Source of the DNA: Gemmatimonadota bacterium
Lineage (GTDB): Bacteria; Gemmatimonadota; Gemmatimonadetes; Gemmatimonadales; GWC2-71-9
Direction of reading: 5' to 3'
Length of the DNA stretch: 12,096 nucleotides
NCBI GenBank assembly: GCA_039588295.1
Contig: JBDHAB010000070.1
Coordinates: 1 to 12,096, forward strand
The notes under the pieces were generated by a model, which did not search any database, was not told the origin of the DNA, and saw only the letters and a list, made by a program, of their open reading frames with translations. The translations under genes and the position numbers were made by a program. This document shows, one piece after another, positions 9,031 through 12,096 of the stretch; positions within the stretch are counted from its first letter, which is position 1, and each line of letters opens with the position of its first letter.

Positions 9031-9180
9031 CTCGTCCCAACTCGACCTTGCGCCATGCGGGCTCTTCGGCCCCGATCAACTGTTCGAGTTCTTGAACGAG
9101 AATGACCGGCGATGTCCTGGCTAACGGACGGTCTCGAGGACCCTAGGCTGCACGGACTATCGCCCGCCGTAATCTGGTCA
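9031..9180 (-). ncRNA. Candidate IS110 bridge RNA (target-binding loop ~9108-9164, donor-binding loop ~9031-9100)
   Basis: Two stem / internal-loop / hairpin modules. First: stems 9108-9117 and 9154-9164, inner hairpin 9130-9142. Second: stems 9039-9045 and 9084-9090, extended by 9031-9035 and 9096-9100, inner hairpin 9059-9072. ACAGT and CAAGG occur as in the IS621 donor loop. Confidence 0.75.
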
Positions 9181-9216
9181 CAAGTTGGAGGCGAATCGAT
9201 ATCCAAGGCATCGAGT

Positions 9217-9669
9217 ATGACGCGTTGCGAGCTGATTGTCGAAACCTTCCCCAGTCGCTTCGCTGCGCGCGTCCGCGACCGTGAGTCACAGGTCTTGCTC
9301 GATGGTCTCAACGCATTCAACGCCAGCCACACCGGCGACGACTCCGTAGAGTTGCTCGGCATCTTCCTCCGAACCGATGATGGAAAGGTGGTGGGAGGTC
9401 TACTTGGGGAGATCTCGTGGGAGTGGCTGTACGTGAGCGTCTTGTGGGTTGCGGACGCGCACCGACGTGAGGGCTATGGCTCCCAGATCCTCCAGGCCGG
9501 AGAGGAAGAGGCCCGCAAGCGTGGGTGTCACTCGGTGCACCTCGAATCGCTGAGCTTTGGCGCAACGCAGTTCTATGAACGTCGGGGTTACGAGATTTTC
9601 GCGCAGCTGGACCACTACCCCGGCGAGCACAGCCGACTGTTCCTCAAGAAACAGCTCGTGCCGCTCTGA
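9217..9669 (+). CDS. GNAT family N-acetyltransferase
   Basis: LWVADAHRREGYGSQIL (acetyl-CoA motif A) and FYERRGY. The start was moved to ATG 9217 because 9112-9184 lies within the IS110 end. Confidence 0.92.
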   Translation: MTRCELIVETFPSRFAARVRDRESQVLLDGLNAFNASHTGDDSVELLGIFLRTDDGKVVGGLLGEISWEWLYVSVLWVADAHRREGYGSQILQAGEEEARKRGCHSVHLESLSFGATQFYERRGYEIFAQLDHYPGEHSRLFLKKQLVPL

Positions 9670-9726
9670 GAGGGCGATGCCAACGCCATTAAGAAGTACT
9701 CTGTCAAGTGAGCGCAGGTGTTCCTG

Positions 9727-9760
9727 AGCGGCGAGCATCGCTCGCCGCTTTGTTGTTTGT
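9727..9760 (+). terminator. Rho-independent terminator
   Basis: Perfect 10-bp stem AGCGGCGAGC/GCTCGCCGCT with a 3-nt loop, followed by TTGTTGTTTGT. Confidence 0.75.
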
Positions 9761-9786
9761 GGTTCTTGTATCCTGTCTTTTGCGCG

Positions 9787-10373
9787 GTACCTTCCGACGA
9801 GCTTGACCCTTAGGCAGGAACTCCATGCGCATCTCACTCGGAACCATCCTGACTGGCGTTTCCCTGATTGCCACCTCCGCGGCGGCCCAGGAATCCCCCT
9901 ACACTCAGCACACCGAGCGCGAGATCAAGGCGCTCTCGGCCGAAGAGGTGGAGGGCTACCTGGCGGGCAAGGGGATGGGGATGGCGCTGGCGGCGGAATT
10001 GAACTCCTACCCGGGCCCCAAACACGTGCTGGAACTGGCCGACTCGCTGAAGCTGAGCGACGAGCAACAGCTCCAGACCCGTGCGGTGTTCGACCGCATG
10101 AAAGCCCAAGCCACTCGGCTCGGCCAGGAGATCGTGGAGCGGGAGCGCTGGCTGGACGGGCTCTTTGCCTCAGGGGAGATCTCCGAGGAAGGGCTCGAGG
10201 CCCTGGTGACCGAAATCGGGCTCCTCACGGGCGAGCTGCGCTACCACCACCTGAGAGCCCACCTGGCGGTGAAACGGCTGCTCTTGGCCGAGCAGGCGGC
10301 CCGGTACGATGCCTTGAGGGGGTACGGGGACGGGCACGAGGGCGAGCACCGGCACGAGGAGCACCGGCCGTAG
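9787..10373 (+). repeat. Direct repeat copy 2 (leader plus gene); partner at 3640-4222
   Basis: Starts at GTACCTTCCGA and ends at the stop codon. Confidence 0.95.
9825..10373 (+). CDS. Spy/CpxP-like periplasmic helical protein with His-rich tail, copy 2
   Basis: Paralog of 3677-4222. AGGA precedes the ATG; tail HEGEHRHEEHRP. Confidence 0.85.
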   Translation: MRISLGTILTGVSLIATSAAAQESPYTQHTEREIKALSAEEVEGYLAGKGMGMALAAELNSYPGPKHVLELADSLKLSDEQQLQTRAVFDRMKAQATRLGQEIVERERWLDGLFASGEISEEGLEALVTEIGLLTGELRYHHLRAHLAVKRLLLAEQAARYDALRGYGDGHEGEHRHEEHRP

Positions 10374-10519
10374 ACCTCACGCTCGGGTGTTGTGCGACGA
10401 ACGCCCCACATCGGGCACCCGATGTCCCAAAACCAGTCTGGCGCCCGTCTACGCCACCTCCTATCGTGGTGACTGGGCCGCCGGAATGATGCTTTCCAAC
10501 GCTTCGTGGAGGTCGTGCA

Positions 10520-11035
10520 ATGCTGACACGTGCCGTCCCAATTCTGTCGCTGCTAGCGCTGTGCGCTGGAAGTAGTGACCTCAGCGCCCAAACGGACCGC
10601 CACGTGGTGGCCATTTTCCCGACGCCACTCGGCGTGGCCGGTGCCGAGCTGACCATCGCCGTGCAGCACGCCGGCTCGGCACCAACCATCGAGCTCGTGG
10701 CCAGTGCCAAACTGCCTAGCGCCAAGACGGTCACCGTTCAGGTTCCAGCCGAGGCGCTCCGCACCTGGCTCGACTCGACGGTGGTCCCGTGGGTCACGCC
10801 CACGACGACACACTCGGGCAGCACCGGCAACTTGGATGTGTTCAACGAGTCCCTCGATGCCGTGGGTGGCAGCGTACTCCTCGCGCGCCATCACACACTC
10901 CGCAGCATCAACTTCACTCTCGCGGTACGGGATGAAACACAGATGGCGGTGCGCGGCTTGAACGCTGAAGAGACCCTGGCACTGATTCACGCGCTTTGGG
11001 CGGCGATGAACTACGCGGAGCGAGGCCAGGGTTAG
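10520..11035 (+). CDS. Exported hypothetical protein
   Basis: GGAGG RBS and signal-peptide-like N-terminus MLTRAVPILSLLALCAG...LSA|Q. No recognisable domain. Confidence 0.65.
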   Translation: MLTRAVPILSLLALCAGSSDLSAQTDRHVVAIFPTPLGVAGAELTIAVQHAGSAPTIELVASAKLPSAKTVTVQVPAEALRTWLDSTVVPWVTPTTTHSGSTGNLDVFNESLDAVGGSVLLARHHTLRSINFTLAVRDETQMAVRGLNAEETLALIHALWAAMNYAERGQG

Positions 11036-11239
11036 GCCCGCTGGGATCGGCAGCGGCTTGTGCGGGTTTATGCATGTTAGGCTGCGAACCCGTCGCAGCA
11101 GATCGCACATGGCACGTGGGTGAGCAATCCAAAGCTCATGTGAAGACAGCACGTGTTGCAGGAGTCGTTGGGTCGGGTGATGTGCATATGCTGCGAAGAA
11201 CACGCTTGATATTGAGTTACACTGGTCAGTCCAATATGA

Positions 11240-11966
11240 GTTAGCTAGCCCAAAACCTGCGATCTCCGATGCCTCGAAAGAAGTCTCAGTCCACACCACC
11301 GCGACAAACACTACGAGCGCGCAAGGTCCTATCACAAGCTCGTGAGTCAACCCAGGGACTGCTCACTGCGTTGGATACAGTACGTCAGACTCGCAAAGCA
11401 ACTCGGGGGGCACTGACAGATGAGGAGCAGGACCTCCTCAGAGCTACACTCGTCTTTGCCGCCGCAGGTCTAGACTCCACTCTTAAGGAGCTCATACGCG
11501 GATCGATCCGTTCGCTCGCGGCTGCCGACCCTGACGTCCAGGCCGAGCTAGAGATCTTCGTTCAACGCCAGCTCCGCGGCGACGTCGACGAGCCTGACAC
11601 CGCGGCTGGCCACAAATTCCTCTCGAAAGTACTTGTCGCCTCATCTCCTCAGGAACGCCTGATCGATGAGTACGTCACGGAGTTGACTGGAACGAGCCTG
11701 CAGTCAGCTCAGCAGCTCATGAAGGCGACGAAGGCTCTGGGCCTGGATCCGAAGCAGATGGGCATCGATCCCAAGAAGCTGCAGACTATCTTCGGCGTCA
11801 GAAACAAGATCATTCACGAACTTGACGTGAATCTTGCCAAGACTTCCGCGCGGCGCAGCCGCAACAGCCGCAGGCGCGACGACATGGAGGGCTGGTCCAC
11901 GCGCCTTCTTGAGATAGCCAAGGCTCTGGTTGCAGGGGTCGAAGGGAAACTTAAGGGCTAGCTAAC
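11240..11966 (+). mobile_element. Integron-type gene cassette carrying the HEPN gene
   Basis: GTTAGCTAGCCC (11240-11251) is the exact reverse complement of GGGCTAGCTAAC (11955-11966). The stop codon lies inside the right repeat, and the gene has a short SD-less leader. Confidence 0.75.
11269..11961 (+). CDS. HEPN-domain protein (putative RNase)
   Basis: Rx4H motif RNKIIH (nt 11800-11817); N-terminal helix LLRATLVFAAAGLDSTLKELI; all-helical character. Confidence 0.75.
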   Translation: MPRKKSQSTPPRQTLRARKVLSQARESTQGLLTALDTVRQTRKATRGALTDEEQDLLRATLVFAAAGLDSTLKELIRGSIRSLAAADPDVQAELEIFVQRQLRGDVDEPDTAAGHKFLSKVLVASSPQERLIDEYVTELTGTSLQSAQQLMKATKALGLDPKQMGIDPKKLQTIFGVRNKIIHELDVNLAKTSARRSRNSRRRDDMEGWSTRLLEIAKALVAGVEGKLKG

Positions 11967-11986
11967 ACGCGCATGGACCTGCCGAG
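11960..11986 (+). other. Left half of an attC site, interrupted by an IS
   Basis: AGCTAAC inverse core overlaps the stop codon and is followed by ACGCGCATGGACCTGCCG, which is shared with 6385-6402. Confidence 0.65.
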
Positions 11987-12096
11987 GGAACCTCCCTCAC
12001 TTTGGTAGACACTTTCACCTAACCGGGGGGAGGTGTCGATGGCACGCGCAGGCCCGCGGAAAGTCCGGGCGTACAGCCGCGAGTTCAAGCTGACGG
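11987..12096 (+). mobile_element. IS3-family element, left end (partial)
   Basis: IRL-like GGAACCTCCCTCACTTTGGTAGACAC. It lacks the canonical TG, so the boundary is approximate. A GGAGG RBS and the OrfA start follow. Confidence 0.7.
12039..12096 (+). CDS. IS3-family transposase OrfA, 5' partial
   Basis: MARAGPRKVRAYSREFKLT... carries the YSxEFK motif typical of HTH_Tnp_1. Only 19 codons are visible. Confidence 0.75.
   Translation, partial: MARAGPRKVRAYSREFKLT

Larger units (their letters stand above)
8745..9184 (-). mobile_element. IS110-family element remnant (left end plus 5' part of the recombinase gene)
   Basis: On the minus strand the left end begins CTTGTG at 9184. About 170 nt of structured non-coding sequence follow, then a GGGAGG RBS and the recombinase fragment. 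Confidence 0.85.

Noticed and set aside
7541..9124. 527-aa ORF as one intact gene
   Set aside because: The RBS and signal peptide point to GTG 7685, and the last ~124 codons are antisense IS110.
9118..9190. GGCTAAC...GTTGGAG as an attC
   Set aside because: The arms are not complementary end to end. The CTAAC is better explained as the bridge-RNA guide inside the IS110 end.
9670..9726. TGCCAAC after the GNAT stop as an attC inverse core
   Set aside because: Only CCAAC complements the upstream GTTGG, and no attC arm follows.
10553..11350. 265-aa minus-strand ORF in the position expected for intI
   Set aside because: It has no tyrosine-recombinase motifs and overlaps two better-supported plus-strand genes.
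1..12096. CRISPR array, tRNA or rRNA
   Set aside because: No regularly spaced repeats or recognisable structural RNA genes of these classes were seen.

Overview
High-GC accessory region; the gene families resemble those of Gemmatimonadota (inference). It looks like a decaying integron cassette array with no integrase in the window. At the left is a minus-strand three-gene cluster: a 619-aa exported protein, a subtilase without signal peptide, and an exported protein running off the edge. Single, mostly plus-strand genes follow: two ~86%-identical Spy/CpxP-like His-rich genes, a Zn-ribbon membrane protein, a SAM methyltransferase, an MDR oxidoreductase, a beta-propeller gene cut by an IS110 remnant, a GNAT, an exported hypothetical and a HEPN RNase-like gene. 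The HEPN gene is bounded by perfectly complementary cassette-type ends (GTTAGCTAGCCC...GGGCTAGCTAAC), and its attC is interrupted by an IS3-family element. The best finding is the intact non-coding left end of the IS110 remnant. It has IS621-type bridge-RNA architecture, and its target guides spell GTGCAGC-CT-AACGG (reverse complement CCGTTAGGCTGCAC), an integron attC core site. A 10-nt match to this target lies at 11076-11085.
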